DNA of 64,000 nt from Alphaproteobacteria bacterium (GCA_030752605.1 JASMDX010000049.1:57726-121725); one strand, 5' to 3'. Counted from the stretch's first letter, positions 1 to 9,328 are shown. A program made the numbers and translations. The notes: a model not told the origin generated them from the sequence alone.

Positions 1-103
1 TATACGCAAGATCTTTGAGCCGGTAGCAACCACCCCATAGGAAAAGCCTAGAGCCCGGTTCCACCCCTCGGGCAGGATCGCCCGATAATCAATATCGTTC
101 ATG
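1..103 (-). CDS. Partial CDS (5' end only; gene runs off window start): RidA/YjgF-like protein N-terminus
   Basis: Reverse-strand ATG at 103..101 preceded by a purine-rich RBS (gggaagaggg). It translates to MNDIDYRAILPEGWNRALGFSYGVVATGSKILRI..., which resembles RidA-family N-termini. The frame stays open to position 1. Confidence 0.35.
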
Positions 104-269
104 ATCTTCCCTCTTCCCTGATCTACAAGTTTTGATAGATAACCCGCCTGATGCTCCTTCACCAGCCTTGATTGAACCCGTCCAGCGCTTATGCTGAACC
201 GATATCCTTAGCAGCCAATCTCATAGCCGCCAATCAAACGAGATCCCATTGTCGCAAACCAGCCAACCC

Positions 270-896
270 ATGATCAACGCCACGCCCGTGGTGCTTGCCC
301 TGATCGCCGTTAACGTTGCCGTCCACGCAATACGCCTGCTATTACCCGCGCAATGGTCGGACATCGCCGCCACCTTGGGAGGCTTCTCTGCGCCGTGGTT
401 TGTTGCAACGGTGATGGGGATGCAGCCGGATTACATTATTTTCCAGCTACTCTCGCCCCTAACCTATGCGTTTTTGCATGCGGATCTATTGCATCTGACC
501 ATCAACATGGCCTTTCTGCTGGCCTTTGGCACGGCAATAGAGCGACGTCTGGGGCGGCTGCGTTTTGTCGCCCTTTATCTGATTTGCGGTCTGGGTGCCG
601 CTGCCGCCTCCGTCGCATTGTTCTATTACAGTCAGGAGCAGACCATCATCGTTGGTGCCTCAGGCGCCGTCTCGGGCCTGTTCGGGGCGGTTTTGCGCGT
701 AACCACGCGCCGGGCCTGGGCCGCCATCGCCATCTTCATTCTCAGCAACATGATCATCGGCTATACCGGCCTGCCCGGTGCCGGTACCGTCCGGGCGATA
801 GCCTGGGAGGCCCATATCGGCGGCTTCCTGACCGGCTATCTGTTGCTGCCGCTGTTCGACGGCGCGGCGCGGAAACTTGAAAGAAACCTGTCATGA
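270..896 (+). CDS. Rhomboid-family intramembrane serine protease
   Basis: Multi-TM protein with a GASGAVSG (GxSG catalytic Ser) motif and an AHIGGF (catalytic His) motif. The ORF-track start at 249 is a TTG; the first ATG (MINATPV) is at 270. The stop overlaps the next start (ATGA at 893-896). Confidence 0.75.
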   Translation: MINATPVVLALIAVNVAVHAIRLLLPAQWSDIAATLGGFSAPWFVATVMGMQPDYIIFQLLSPLTYAFLHADLLHLTINMAFLLAFGTAIERRLGRLRFVALYLICGLGAAAASVALFYYSQEQTIIVGASGAVSGLFGAVLRVTTRRAWAAIAIFILSNMIIGYTGLPGAGTVRAIAWEAHIGGFLTGYLLLPLFDGAARKLERNLS

Positions 897-1981
897 AAAT
901 AACGGGACTACGCACCGAAGCGGTCCGGATTCCATTCGAAACACCGATCCGCACCGCGATTCACCATGTCGAGGCCGTCTGCTGCGTCCTGTTGCGGGTG
1001 GATACGGACGAAGGAATTGAGGGTCAAGGCCTGGTCTGGTGCATGAACGCCGCGCGTCTGCCCGTGCTCGACGCCGTGATCCACAGCCTTCGCCCCAGGG
1101 TCGTTGGCTGTGATCCGCATGAACATGCCGCCCTGTGGTCGGAAATGTGGGCCGACGTCAATTTCTTTGGCGCCAAGGGCATCAGCCTGTTCGGTATCGC
1201 CGCCATCGACATGGCGCTGTGGGATCTGGTGGGCAAAGCCCACGATATGTCCGTTTGCCATTTACTAGGGCAAAGCCGGGACCGGGTGCGGGCCTATCAT
1301 TCGGGCGGCCTTTGGGTCTCGCTCACCCCGGACGAATTACAGGCCCAGGCCAAGGATTATCTGAGCCAGGGTTATCGCGCCATGAAGATGCGCCTGGGCA
1401 AATCGTCCGTGACGGAAGATATCGAACGGGTGGCCGCCGTGCGCGAGGCGATCGGACCCGATATCGACCTGATGGCCGACGCAAACCAGGGCTTCAGCGT
1501 TAATCACGCCATCCGCATGGGCCGGGCGTTGGAGCCGTACAATCTGGTCTGGTACGAAGAACCGGTGCAGGCCCATGACCTGGCCGGTTCGGCCCGGGTC
1601 GCGGCGGAGATCGACACACCCATTGCCAGCGGCGAGACCGAATATGCCCGCTATGGCTTCCGCGACATGATCGAGCGGGGCTCGGCCGATGTGCTGATGC
1701 CAGATCTGGAACGGGTCGGCGGCATCACGGAATTCGTCAAAGTGGCACATATGGCGGATGCCTTTGATATTCCCGTCTCGCCCCATGTCTATACCGAACA
1801 AAGCCTGCAGCTCTGCGGTGCCTTGAACAATATCGAATACAGCGAGATGATGCCCTGGTTCGCGCCGCTCTATAACGAGGCGACCGAGCTGGAGGACGGC
1901 GATTTGTTGATCCCCGACCGGCCGGGCCTGGGCTTCACATTCAATGCGGACGCCATCGCGCGATACCACGTGCCGAGCTAA
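893..1981 (+). CDS. Enolase-superfamily enzyme (mandelate racemase/muconate lactonizing enzyme family)
   Basis: KxK motif (AMKMRLGK) and metal-ligand pattern D(LMADAN)...E(YEEP)...E(ASGETE) on a TIM-barrel. 362 aa. Start overlaps the rhomboid stop. Confidence 0.85.
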   Translation: MKITGLRTEAVRIPFETPIRTAIHHVEAVCCVLLRVDTDEGIEGQGLVWCMNAARLPVLDAVIHSLRPRVVGCDPHEHAALWSEMWADVNFFGAKGISLFGIAAIDMALWDLVGKAHDMSVCHLLGQSRDRVRAYHSGGLWVSLTPDELQAQAKDYLSQGYRAMKMRLGKSSVTEDIERVAAVREAIGPDIDLMADANQGFSVNHAIRMGRALEPYNLVWYEEPVQAHDLAGSARVAAEIDTPIASGETEYARYGFRDMIERGSADVLMPDLERVGGITEFVKVAHMADAFDIPVSPHVYTEQSLQLCGALNNIEYSEMMPWFAPLYNEATELEDGDLLIPDRPGLGFTFNADAIARYHVPS

Positions 1982-2022
1982 TTGGCGCGTTACCGCGTCA
2001 CTGATTGAGAGGAGTATGGCCA

Positions 2023-3126
2023 ATGAAAATCGGTAAAGTGGATACGACTATTGTGAAACTGCCTTACAGCACCGGCGGGAGAGGTAATATCGGCAATATG
2101 GATTGGTCCATGCTGGACTATGTCCTGATCCGCATAGAGACCGAAGACGGCATGGTCGGTTGGGGCGATGCCTTTGGCTATGGCGGCATCGCACCTGCCG
2201 TCAAGGCGATGGTGGATCACAGGATCGCCCCCTCGCTGATCGGCAAGAATGCCTCGGCCGTCACGCAACTGTCTTATTTCCTGCAACAGGGCAACCACCT
2301 TCTTGGACGTTATGGCGTTACGATGTTCGCCATTTCCGGGATCGATATCGCGCTTTGGGATCTGGCGGGCAAGGCCGCGGGCGTGCCGGTTTCGACCTTA
2401 TTGGGTGGGGCCCGGCGGACGGAAATTCCCGCCTATGCCTCCCTGTTCAACTACACCGACCCCGATCAGGTCGCCGAACATTGCCAGCGCGCCATGAGTG
2501 AAGGCTACGGATCCGTCAAACTGCATGAAACCACCGAGCCAGCGGTCCGCGCCGCCCGCCTGGCCATGGGCGACGGCGTGCCCTTGATGGTCGATACCAA
2601 CTGCCCTTGGACACCGTGGCAGGCCAAGGAAGCGGCCCTGTCGTTCAAACCTTACGATCTGCATTGGCTGGAAGAGCCGATCTTCCCGCCCGAGGATTTT
2701 AACAGCCTCAATCGCCTTGGCATAGAGGTGGATATTCCCCTGGCGGCGGGCGAAAACGCCTGCACCGCGTTCGAATTTAAGCAGATGATCGAGGCGGAGG
2801 CGGTGACCTACGTCCAACCCAGCGTCACCAAGGTTGGCGGCATAACGGAATTCCGCAAGATCATCACCCTGGGCGAGCTGGGCGGTACCACGGTGATGCC
2901 CCATGCCCCCTATTTCGCGCCGGGACTGTTGGCCACCTTGCAGCTGCTGGCAACCATGCCCGACGAATGCCTGGCCGAGACCTTCTACTTCAAGACTCTA
3001 GAAGCGAGCCTATACGGCGACGCCATCGTGGCTAAGGACGGCAACATCACAGTGCCGACGGGTCCAGGCCTAGGTTTGGATCCCAATTTGGACGTGATCA
3101 AGGATTATGCGGTGAAGGATGGTTAG
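2023..3126 (+). CDS. Enolase-superfamily enzyme (MR/MLE family), second tandem paralogue
   Basis: GAGGAG RBS 8 nt upstream of ATG 2023 (the ORF-track start at 2005 is a TTG). Motifs VKLHE, VDTNCPW, LEEPI and AAGENA fit the enolase-superfamily barrel. About 367 aa. Confidence 0.85.
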   Translation: MKIGKVDTTIVKLPYSTGGRGNIGNMDWSMLDYVLIRIETEDGMVGWGDAFGYGGIAPAVKAMVDHRIAPSLIGKNASAVTQLSYFLQQGNHLLGRYGVTMFAISGIDIALWDLAGKAAGVPVSTLLGGARRTEIPAYASLFNYTDPDQVAEHCQRAMSEGYGSVKLHETTEPAVRAARLAMGDGVPLMVDTNCPWTPWQAKEAALSFKPYDLHWLEEPIFPPEDFNSLNRLGIEVDIPLAAGENACTAFEFKQMIEAEAVTYVQPSVTKVGGITEFRKIITLGELGGTTVMPHAPYFAPGLLATLQLLATMPDECLAETFYFKTLEASLYGDAIVAKDGNITVPTGPGLGLDPNLDVIKDYAVKDG

Positions 3127-3360
3127 CTATAAAATCGGAACAGGGCATTTATGCGGTACTCACTCATGACGTCTCACCAATGACCTGCGGCGCCGCATCT
3201 GGGCGCCTGTTAGCGGACCTGATGGAAGGATACGATAGTGTTCTACTGAGTGCCATCCTAGACATTCCGCAAGCTCGGCGTTTGCCATCGCGTCCGTTTC
3301 ACGATTTAAGCGCGCAGGAAGAGGATTGGTATGAAGAGAAAAGCCGCCTCAACGCCTTTT

Positions 3361-3722
3361 TCAGCACCAATGTTTGAAACGATCCTGTGCAGGTTGAACA
3401 CCGATACCGTGCTCATAACCCCATGTGTCCTGGCGCAAGCCGCCGTCCTTCAAGAAAGGCCACAGCTTGAAGAAGGCGCCCACATCGTGCTCGTTTCGAA
3501 AACCATGCCGCGTCCAGATGATCGGGATATCCTAGGCGGGGGCGGCGTCGAGCAATTTTATCATTGGCTCGATCACGCGCCGCAATTGGCTGATATCGAT
3601 GTTGCCTTTGCCATACCAGCCGTCGGGATAGAGAAAGTCATTCTGCGCGTCGATCACCACAACCGCCGTCCGGCCCGGCACCAGGTTCCAATGGGCGTTT
3701 CAAACGGATCGATACGCTCCAT
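3361..3722 (-). pseudogene. Disrupted isochorismatase-family (cysteine hydrolase) gene relic
   Basis: Reverse-strand translation gives (M)PGRTAVVVIDAQNDFLYPDGWYGKGNIDISQLRRVIEPMIKLLDAAPA-TAG-DIPIIWTRHGFRNEHDVGAFFKLWPFLKDGGL... It carries the classic isochorismatase N-terminal motif but has an in-frame TAG at 3534..3532. There is also an upstream ATG (3722) in a different frame. The ORF track has no intact ORF here. Confidence 0.5.
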
Positions 3723-3724
3723 GT

Positions 3725-4396
3725 TCAGGTATTCCGCCGCATGTGATCGAGCACCGCTTCAAGCGGTTCCACATCGCCGAACTTGGCGTCCATATCATAC
3801 AGATTCCATTCTACCGCGCCGGCGATGCGGTCGCCGATGCATTCGCGCACGATGATCGGACGGAAGCCATCCGCAATAGCGTCTTCCACCGTGGCGCGAA
3901 CACACGCCGAGGCCGTGGCGCCGGTGACGACCAACGTATCGACGCCACAGGCCGTGAGATAACTCTGCAGATTGGTGCCGCGAAAGGCGGAGGCCTGTTT
4001 CTTGACGATCAGCATTTCGTCGTCCCGACGTTCCAGGCGGGTATCGATTTCCACCGCTTCGGAGCCCGCGCATAGAACCTCGGCGGGGATTTTCCTGCCC
4101 CACAGGCCCATGTCGGAATGCTCACCCTCGATAATTTCATAGGCCGTGGTGGTGAAGATGATCGGCAGACCCTTGGCGCGGAATGCGGCAAGTACCTCGT
4201 TCAGGGCCGGGATCACCGTCTCCATTCCCTCGCAAGTGAAGGCATTGTCTTCCCTGGTCCAGGCATTGGCCATGTCGATCACGACCAGGGCCGCTTTCTT
4301 GCCCCATCCGACGCGCCGTTGGAAGCCGCGCTCCTGATAAAGAGCGCTGTCGTTTGTAAAAAGCTTATTGAGCGCCGCCTTGATTTCCGGATCCAT
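3725..4396 (-). CDS. Isochorismatase-family hydrolase (cysteine hydrolase; N-carbamoylsarcosine amidase-like)
   Basis: ALVVIDMANAW motif and catalytic-Cys region VVTGATASACVRAT. 223 aa. Confidence 0.85.
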   Translation of the reverse strand: MDPEIKAALNKLFTNDSALYQERGFQRRVGWGKKAALVVIDMANAWTREDNAFTCEGMETVIPALNEVLAAFRAKGLPIIFTTTAYEIIEGEHSDMGLWGRKIPAEVLCAGSEAVEIDTRLERRDDEMLIVKKQASAFRGTNLQSYLTACGVDTLVVTGATASACVRATVEDAIADGFRPIIVRECIGDRIAGAVEWNLYDMDAKFGDVEPLEAVLDHMRRNT

Positions 4397-4431
4397 TGCG
4401 TTTTCCTCCCCACCGATGCCATGTTCTTCGC

Positions 4432-4476
4432 TTAGCCTATCATACTCGCCTCTGGATGCGATAACAGGCTAAGCTA
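4432..4476. promoter_or_regulatory. Perfect 9-bp inverted repeat GCTTAGCCT-N27-AGGCTAAGC in divergent promoter region; candidate operator
   Basis: It lies in the 98-nt divergent intergenic region between the isochorismatase-family gene (minus strand) and the ACAD-fold oxidoreductase (plus strand). Each half is additionally flanked by TATCATA / TATGATA. Confidence 0.35.
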
Positions 4477-4494
4477 TGATACGCACAGGCGAGT

Positions 4495-5706
4495 TTGAAA
4501 CGAATGGGCGGGGAAATGACAGCAAGATCAGAGGCGGGTGAGATGCTGGCAGGTTCGGCATTGGAGAACGCCCGCGCGGTGGCACCGGTGCTGCGCGCCG
4601 AGGGGAGCAGGATAGAAGTCGCCCGCGCTCTTACGCCCGAGGCCCTGGCCACTATGCATGAAGGCCAGCTGTTTCGCCTTAGCCTGCCCCGCCGGCACGG
4701 GGGGGCAGAGCTGCCTCTGCCGCAATTGGCGCAAGCGGCCGAGATTATCGGCGGTGCCGATGCCTCCGCCGCCTGGTGCCTGGGCCAGGCCCTGGGCTGC
4801 GCCATGACCGCCGCCTTCATGGATGAGAAACCGGCGCGCGAAGTGTTCGATCCAGCGGACGCGGTACTGGCCTGGGGTGCGGGCATACAAGGCAAGCTCA
4901 CTGTGGCCGAAGGCGGTTATCTGGCATCCGGCACCTGGCGCTTTGCCTCCGGCAGTCACAACGCCACCTGGCTGGGCGGCCATTCAAAGGTTTTCGAGGC
5001 CGATGGCTCTCCCCGCCTGGATAAGAATGGAAAGCAGGCCAACCGCACCGCCCTGTTTCCCCGCGCCCAGGCCGAGATGGCGGACGACTGGCACGTCATG
5101 GGTCTGCGCGGCACCCGTAGCGAGGCCTACACTGTGGAAAATCTGTTCATCCCCGAGGGCCTGACCTCGGATCGCGAAACCGAAGCCGAGCGCCGGGTTG
5201 AGAGCACGTTGTTTCTTTTTCCCACCACCGCCGTCTATGCCTCCTTGTTTTCCTCCGTCGCACTGGGCATCGCGCAAAGCATGTTCGACGATCTAGTGGC
5301 CCTGGCGCGGAAAAAAACACCTCGCGGCGCCCGTAATGCCCTGCGCGACAGCCCGGTGTTCCAGACCAAGCTGGCGGAATTGGAAGCCCAGCTCGGCTCA
5401 CCGAGGGCCTACAAGCACGCAATCTTGAGCGAGATCTGGGAGACGGTAGATGCCACGGGTGAATTGAGCATGGACGACCGGGCCCGCATCCGTCTGTGCA
5501 CAACCTACGCCATCAACCAGGCTACGGCGGTATCCGAGCAGGTCTATCATCTGGCCGGTTCCACCGCAATTTTTGAAAACGAACCGTTCGAGCGGCGCTT
5601 CCGCGATATCCACGCGGTCTCGCAACAGGTCCAGGCCAGACATACCAACTACGAAACCGTAGGTCGCTACATGCTGGGTCATGAAGCCGACACGGTCTTT
5701 ATGTGA
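4495..5706 (+). CDS. Acyl-CoA-dehydrogenase-fold flavin-dependent oxidoreductase/monooxygenase (DszC/SfnB/HpaB-C2-like)
   Basis: The C-terminal region AGSTAIFENEPFERRFRDIHAVSQQ is typical of ACAD-fold type-2 monooxygenases. 403 aa; the start could be 4495, 4504 or 4516. Confidence 0.7.
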   Translation: MKRMGGEMTARSEAGEMLAGSALENARAVAPVLRAEGSRIEVARALTPEALATMHEGQLFRLSLPRRHGGAELPLPQLAQAAEIIGGADASAAWCLGQALGCAMTAAFMDEKPAREVFDPADAVLAWGAGIQGKLTVAEGGYLASGTWRFASGSHNATWLGGHSKVFEADGSPRLDKNGKQANRTALFPRAQAEMADDWHVMGLRGTRSEAYTVENLFIPEGLTSDRETEAERRVESTLFLFPTTAVYASLFSSVALGIAQSMFDDLVALARKKTPRGARNALRDSPVFQTKLAELEAQLGSPRAYKHAILSEIWETVDATGELSMDDRARIRLCTTYAINQATAVSEQVYHLAGSTAIFENEPFERRFRDIHAVSQQVQARHTNYETVGRYMLGHEADTVFM

Positions 5707-6443
5707 TGGGACAGCGTTCGACATACGGCTGGCGCGGCAAGCTCGGCCTGATCGTACCGACCACCAATACCGTGAACGAGGCGGAATGGAACATGGCCGC
5801 GCCCGACGGGGTCTCCATTCACGGCGCCCGTATCGTGCTGCACACCGATGTCACATCTGAGGCGGGCAAGGCGTCATCAAAGGAAGACCTGCGCCAGGCC
5901 GTTAACAGCCTGGCCCCCGCCGGCCTGGATGCCATCGCCTATGGCTGCACCGCCGGCTCGCTTATGACGCCGCGCCATGGATTGGCGGATTTCATGACGG
6001 AAGTCTGTGACCTACCCTGCGTCACCGCCGGAGCTGCAATCGTCGATGCACTGCTTTCGCTGGAGGTAACCAGCGTCTCCGTGGCCACGCCCTATGACAA
6101 GAGTTTGAACAACCATGAAGCCGAGTTCCTGAACAGCCAGGGCATAAGGGTGCGGGCTATAGAGGGCTTGGGCTTTGGCGCCAACGGCCCCCACGAATAT
6201 GCGCTGATGCATAAGGTACCCAGGCGAGACGTGCTTGAGCTGGCACGCAGGGTCGATGATCCCGGCGCCAATGGCCTGTTGATCAGCTGCACCGATCTGC
6301 CGACCTTCGGCATTATCGAGGAGCTGGAGCAGACCTTGGGCAAGGCGGTGGTGACGTCCAGTCAAGCCACCCTGTGGGCCGCCATGTCAGCCGCCGGATT
6401 GAACCCAGCCCTGCCTGGCCTGGGCCGCCTGCTTCGCCAATAA
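5703..6443 (+). CDS. Asp/Glu/hydantoin-racemase-superfamily protein (maleate isomerase / arylmalonate decarboxylase-like)
   Basis: GKLGLIVPTTNTVNE N-terminus and paired Cys-containing motifs (AYGCTAGS, LLISCTDLPT). It overlaps the upstream stop, indicating translational coupling. Confidence 0.7.
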   Translation: MMGQRSTYGWRGKLGLIVPTTNTVNEAEWNMAAPDGVSIHGARIVLHTDVTSEAGKASSKEDLRQAVNSLAPAGLDAIAYGCTAGSLMTPRHGLADFMTEVCDLPCVTAGAAIVDALLSLEVTSVSVATPYDKSLNNHEAEFLNSQGIRVRAIEGLGFGANGPHEYALMHKVPRRDVLELARRVDDPGANGLLISCTDLPTFGIIEELEQTLGKAVVTSSQATLWAAMSAAGLNPALPGLGRLLRQ

Positions 6444-6497
6444 CGGGTCGGTCAAAGTCGGTATCCAACTTGAGCTGGCCCGGACTCTCTGGCAGGG

Positions 6498-8585
6498 TTG
6501 AATTTTTCGATGGAGATATCTATGGTCCGCGATAGCCGTTACGATGTTTTGTTCGAGCCGGTGAAGATCGGTCCGGTAACCGCCCGTAACCGCTTCTACC
6601 AGGTGCCCCACTGCACGGGAATGGGGCGGCATTTCCCCACTTCGTCAGCGGTGATGCGGGGGATCAAGGCGGAAGGCGGCTGGGCCGTCATTTCGACCGA
6701 ACAATGCGATATTCATCCCACCGGCGATGTCCGCACACAAATCCGTCTGTGGGACGAAAAAGACATTCCGACCCATGCCCGGATGACCGAACTTGTACAC
6801 CACCACGGCAGCCTGGCCGCCATCGAGCTTTGTCACCCCGGGCATTATTCGACGAGCTATTATGCCCGCGAAACACCAATTGCGCCCAGCCCGATCCCTG
6901 TCCGCGCCCCCTTCCCTGGACAGGCCAGGGCCATGGACCGCCAGGACATAGCGGATTTTCGAAAATGGCACCGCCGCGCCGCCCTGCTCTCTCGACAGGC
7001 GGGCTTTGATATTGTCTACGTCTATGCCGGGCATGCGATCACCTTGTTGATGTTCTTTCTCTCGCGCCAGTACAACCAGCGCAGCGATGAATATGGCGGC
7101 AGCCTGGAAAACCGGGCCCGGCTATTCCGTGAATGCATCGAGGATGCCCACGACGCCGTCGGTGACATCTGCGCCGTCGCCGTTCGGCTAGCGGTCGATG
7201 AACTGCTTGGTGAACACGGCATGACCGCGGGTGTCGAAGGCCGAGAACTGGTTGAAATGCTAGCTGAACTGCCGGATTTGTGGGATGTGAATATCAGCGC
7301 CTGGCAGAACGATTCGGCGACCTCTCGTTTCGCGCCGGAAGGCTTCCAGGAAGAGTATATCGACTTCGTCAAATCCGTTACCACGAAGCCGGTCGTGGGT
7401 GTTGGCCGGTTCACCTCCCCCGACAGCATGGTATCGCAAATCAAACGCGGCGTGCTTGATTTTATCGGCGCCGCGCGGCCATCTATCGCCGATCCTTTCC
7501 TGCCCAAGAAAATCGAAGAAGGACGCCTGGACGATATTCGCGAATGCATCGGCTGTAACATCTGTGCCGCCTACAACAACGCATCAGTGCCGTTGCGCTG
7601 CACGCAAAACCCAACCCAGGGAGAGGAATGGCGCAAGGGCTGGCACCCGGAGCGGATACCGGCAAAAGATACCAATGACCGCGTCTTGATCGTGGGCGCT
7701 GGCCCGGCGGGGTTGGAGGCCGCGCGTGCGCTGGGACAAAGGGGTTATCAGGTATTTGTGGCCGAGGCGAAAACTGAAATTGGCGGCCGCGTGATCCGGG
7801 AGAGCCGCCTGCCGGGGTTGGCCGTCTGGTCGCGCGTCCTTGATTACCGAGCCACGCAATTGCGGCAAATGGCCAACGTCGAGATCTATCTCGACAGCCC
7901 CATGGGCACGGCGGATGTGCTCGAGACCGATTGCTCGCTGGTTGCCATCGCGACCGGGTCAACTTGGGCTAGGGACGGCATCGGCAGAACGCACCACCAG
8001 CCGGCACCTGGGGCCAAAGGCGCAAACATCTACACCCCCGACGACATCATGGATGGCGTTGAGATTGAGGGACCTGTCGCTATCTACGACGACGATCATT
8101 ACTACATGGGAAGCGTAATCGCGGAACTGCTGCGCCACAGGGACCTAGACGTCACGTTGATCACCCCATCTTCGGTGGTGTCTGAATTCAGCACCTACAC
8201 CCTGGAACAGGAACATATTCAAACGAGGCTTTTGGAGTGGGGGGTACGAATTGTTCAGCAGAAAGAATTGGCGGCGGTCGGCGCCGATGGTCTCGATTTA
8301 ACCTGCGTCTACACCGGCAAGGGGCGACACGTTAAAGCGGCTTCGATTGTTCTCGTGACCTCCAGGGTTCCCAATGACGAGCTGTACCTCTCATTGTCGC
8401 GGGACGAGGCCGCGCTCAAGCAATCAGGCATCAACAGGATAACCCGGATCGGCGATTGTCATGCCCCGTCAATCATTGCCGATGCGGTGTATGCGGGTCA
8501 TAAGTACGCCCGTGACCTGGGCGCGGTGGCGACCGAGGCGATACCGTTCAAACGCGAGTTGATCGAGTTGAGCCCAGATTATTGA
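6498..8585 (+). CDS. NADH:flavin oxidoreductase (OYE TIM barrel) fused to FAD/NAD(P)-binding domain; trimethylamine dehydrogenase / N-methylproline demethylase / 2,4-dienoyl-CoA reductase family
   Basis: OYE-like N-terminus (FEPVKIGPVTARNRFYQVPH), Cys cluster CIGCNICAAY (4Fe-4S) and ADP-binding VLIVGAGPAGLEAA. 695 aa; an alternative start is the ATG at 6522. Confidence 0.85.
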   Translation: MNFSMEISMVRDSRYDVLFEPVKIGPVTARNRFYQVPHCTGMGRHFPTSSAVMRGIKAEGGWAVISTEQCDIHPTGDVRTQIRLWDEKDIPTHARMTELVHHHGSLAAIELCHPGHYSTSYYARETPIAPSPIPVRAPFPGQARAMDRQDIADFRKWHRRAALLSRQAGFDIVYVYAGHAITLLMFFLSRQYNQRSDEYGGSLENRARLFRECIEDAHDAVGDICAVAVRLAVDELLGEHGMTAGVEGRELVEMLAELPDLWDVNISAWQNDSATSRFAPEGFQEEYIDFVKSVTTKPVVGVGRFTSPDSMVSQIKRGVLDFIGAARPSIADPFLPKKIEEGRLDDIRECIGCNICAAYNNASVPLRCTQNPTQGEEWRKGWHPERIPAKDTNDRVLIVGAGPAGLEAARALGQRGYQVFVAEAKTEIGGRVIRESRLPGLAVWSRVLDYRATQLRQMANVEIYLDSPMGTADVLETDCSLVAIATGSTWARDGIGRTHHQPAPGAKGANIYTPDDIMDGVEIEGPVAIYDDDHYYMGSVIAELLRHRDLDVTLITPSSVVSEFSTYTLEQEHIQTRLLEWGVRIVQQKELAAVGADGLDLTCVYTGKGRHVKAASIVLVTSRVPNDELYLSLSRDEAALKQSGINRITRIGDCHAPSIIADAVYAGHKYARDLGAVATEAIPFKRELIELSPDY

Positions 8586-8595
8586 CCGGTCAGCG

Positions 8596-9267
8596 CTAAA
8601 ACGGCTTGGTCGAACCAACGAAGGCGATCAGCAGTACCACGCACCACAAGGTCACAGCGGCGCTGCCGGCGTTGATACGGTTTTTCTTCATGCGTTTTTC
8701 ACCTTCGACCGCCTGTTCGCCGCCGGCGCGGACCATCTCGAATATGGGCTCCCACAGATCTGCGGCATGCAAAATCCAGGTGGCGCTCAGAACCATCAAG
8801 CCATACAGCGCTATTTTCAGGGCCAGCCAACCCTCCGGCATCAGATTGCCGGTAGCCAGGGCATAGACCCCCAGCGCCGTCATGGCGGCAGCGACAACAA
8901 ACCAAAGCACCCGATTGATGCGGTTGAGGGCCCATTCCTTGGGCGTGCCAATGGTGAATTTTTCCACCCATAACATGCCCAACCAGGCTAGGCTGAGAAC
9001 CCAGATCAAGACCAGCCAACCACCGGTGATTTGGCTGCCATGCTGCAAGGCAAGGGTAAAGCCGATAGGCAGGATCAACGGCGCGCAGGTGCGTGGCGCC
9101 ATGTCGACCTTGCGCCGAATCGCCCGCACCCGCAGGCGTTCGTCCAGGCTCAAATCGTCACGTGTCAGTTGGCTGTCACAAAAGAACACGCCCAGGTCCG
9201 AGCCCAGCCAATAGCCAAACAATAAGACATGAATGAAGATCAAGACGTCCTGAAAGTCAATATGCAT
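8596..9267 (-). CDS. Hypothetical polytopic membrane protein
   Basis: Several hydrophobic helices (LIFIHVLLFGYWLG, WLVLIWVLSLAWLGMLW, VTLWCVVLLIAFVG). No recognisable catalytic motif. Confidence 0.5.
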   Translation of the reverse strand: MHIDFQDVLIFIHVLLFGYWLGSDLGVFFCDSQLTRDDLSLDERLRVRAIRRKVDMAPRTCAPLILPIGFTLALQHGSQITGGWLVLIWVLSLAWLGMLWVEKFTIGTPKEWALNRINRVLWFVVAAAMTALGVYALATGNLMPEGWLALKIALYGLMVLSATWILHAADLWEPIFEMVRAGGEQAVEGEKRMKKNRINAGSAAVTLWCVVLLIAFVGSTKPF

Positions 9268-9328
9268 CGAAATGCTCCCTATGGATGAGCCAGCCTTTGC
9301 ACTTTTGATGTCAGCAGGTCAGCCAGCT

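Noticed and set aside
3331-3855. 174-aa plus-strand ORF
   Set aside because: It lies antisense to the isochorismatase relic and overlaps the intact isochorismatase gene. It has no recognisable family features.
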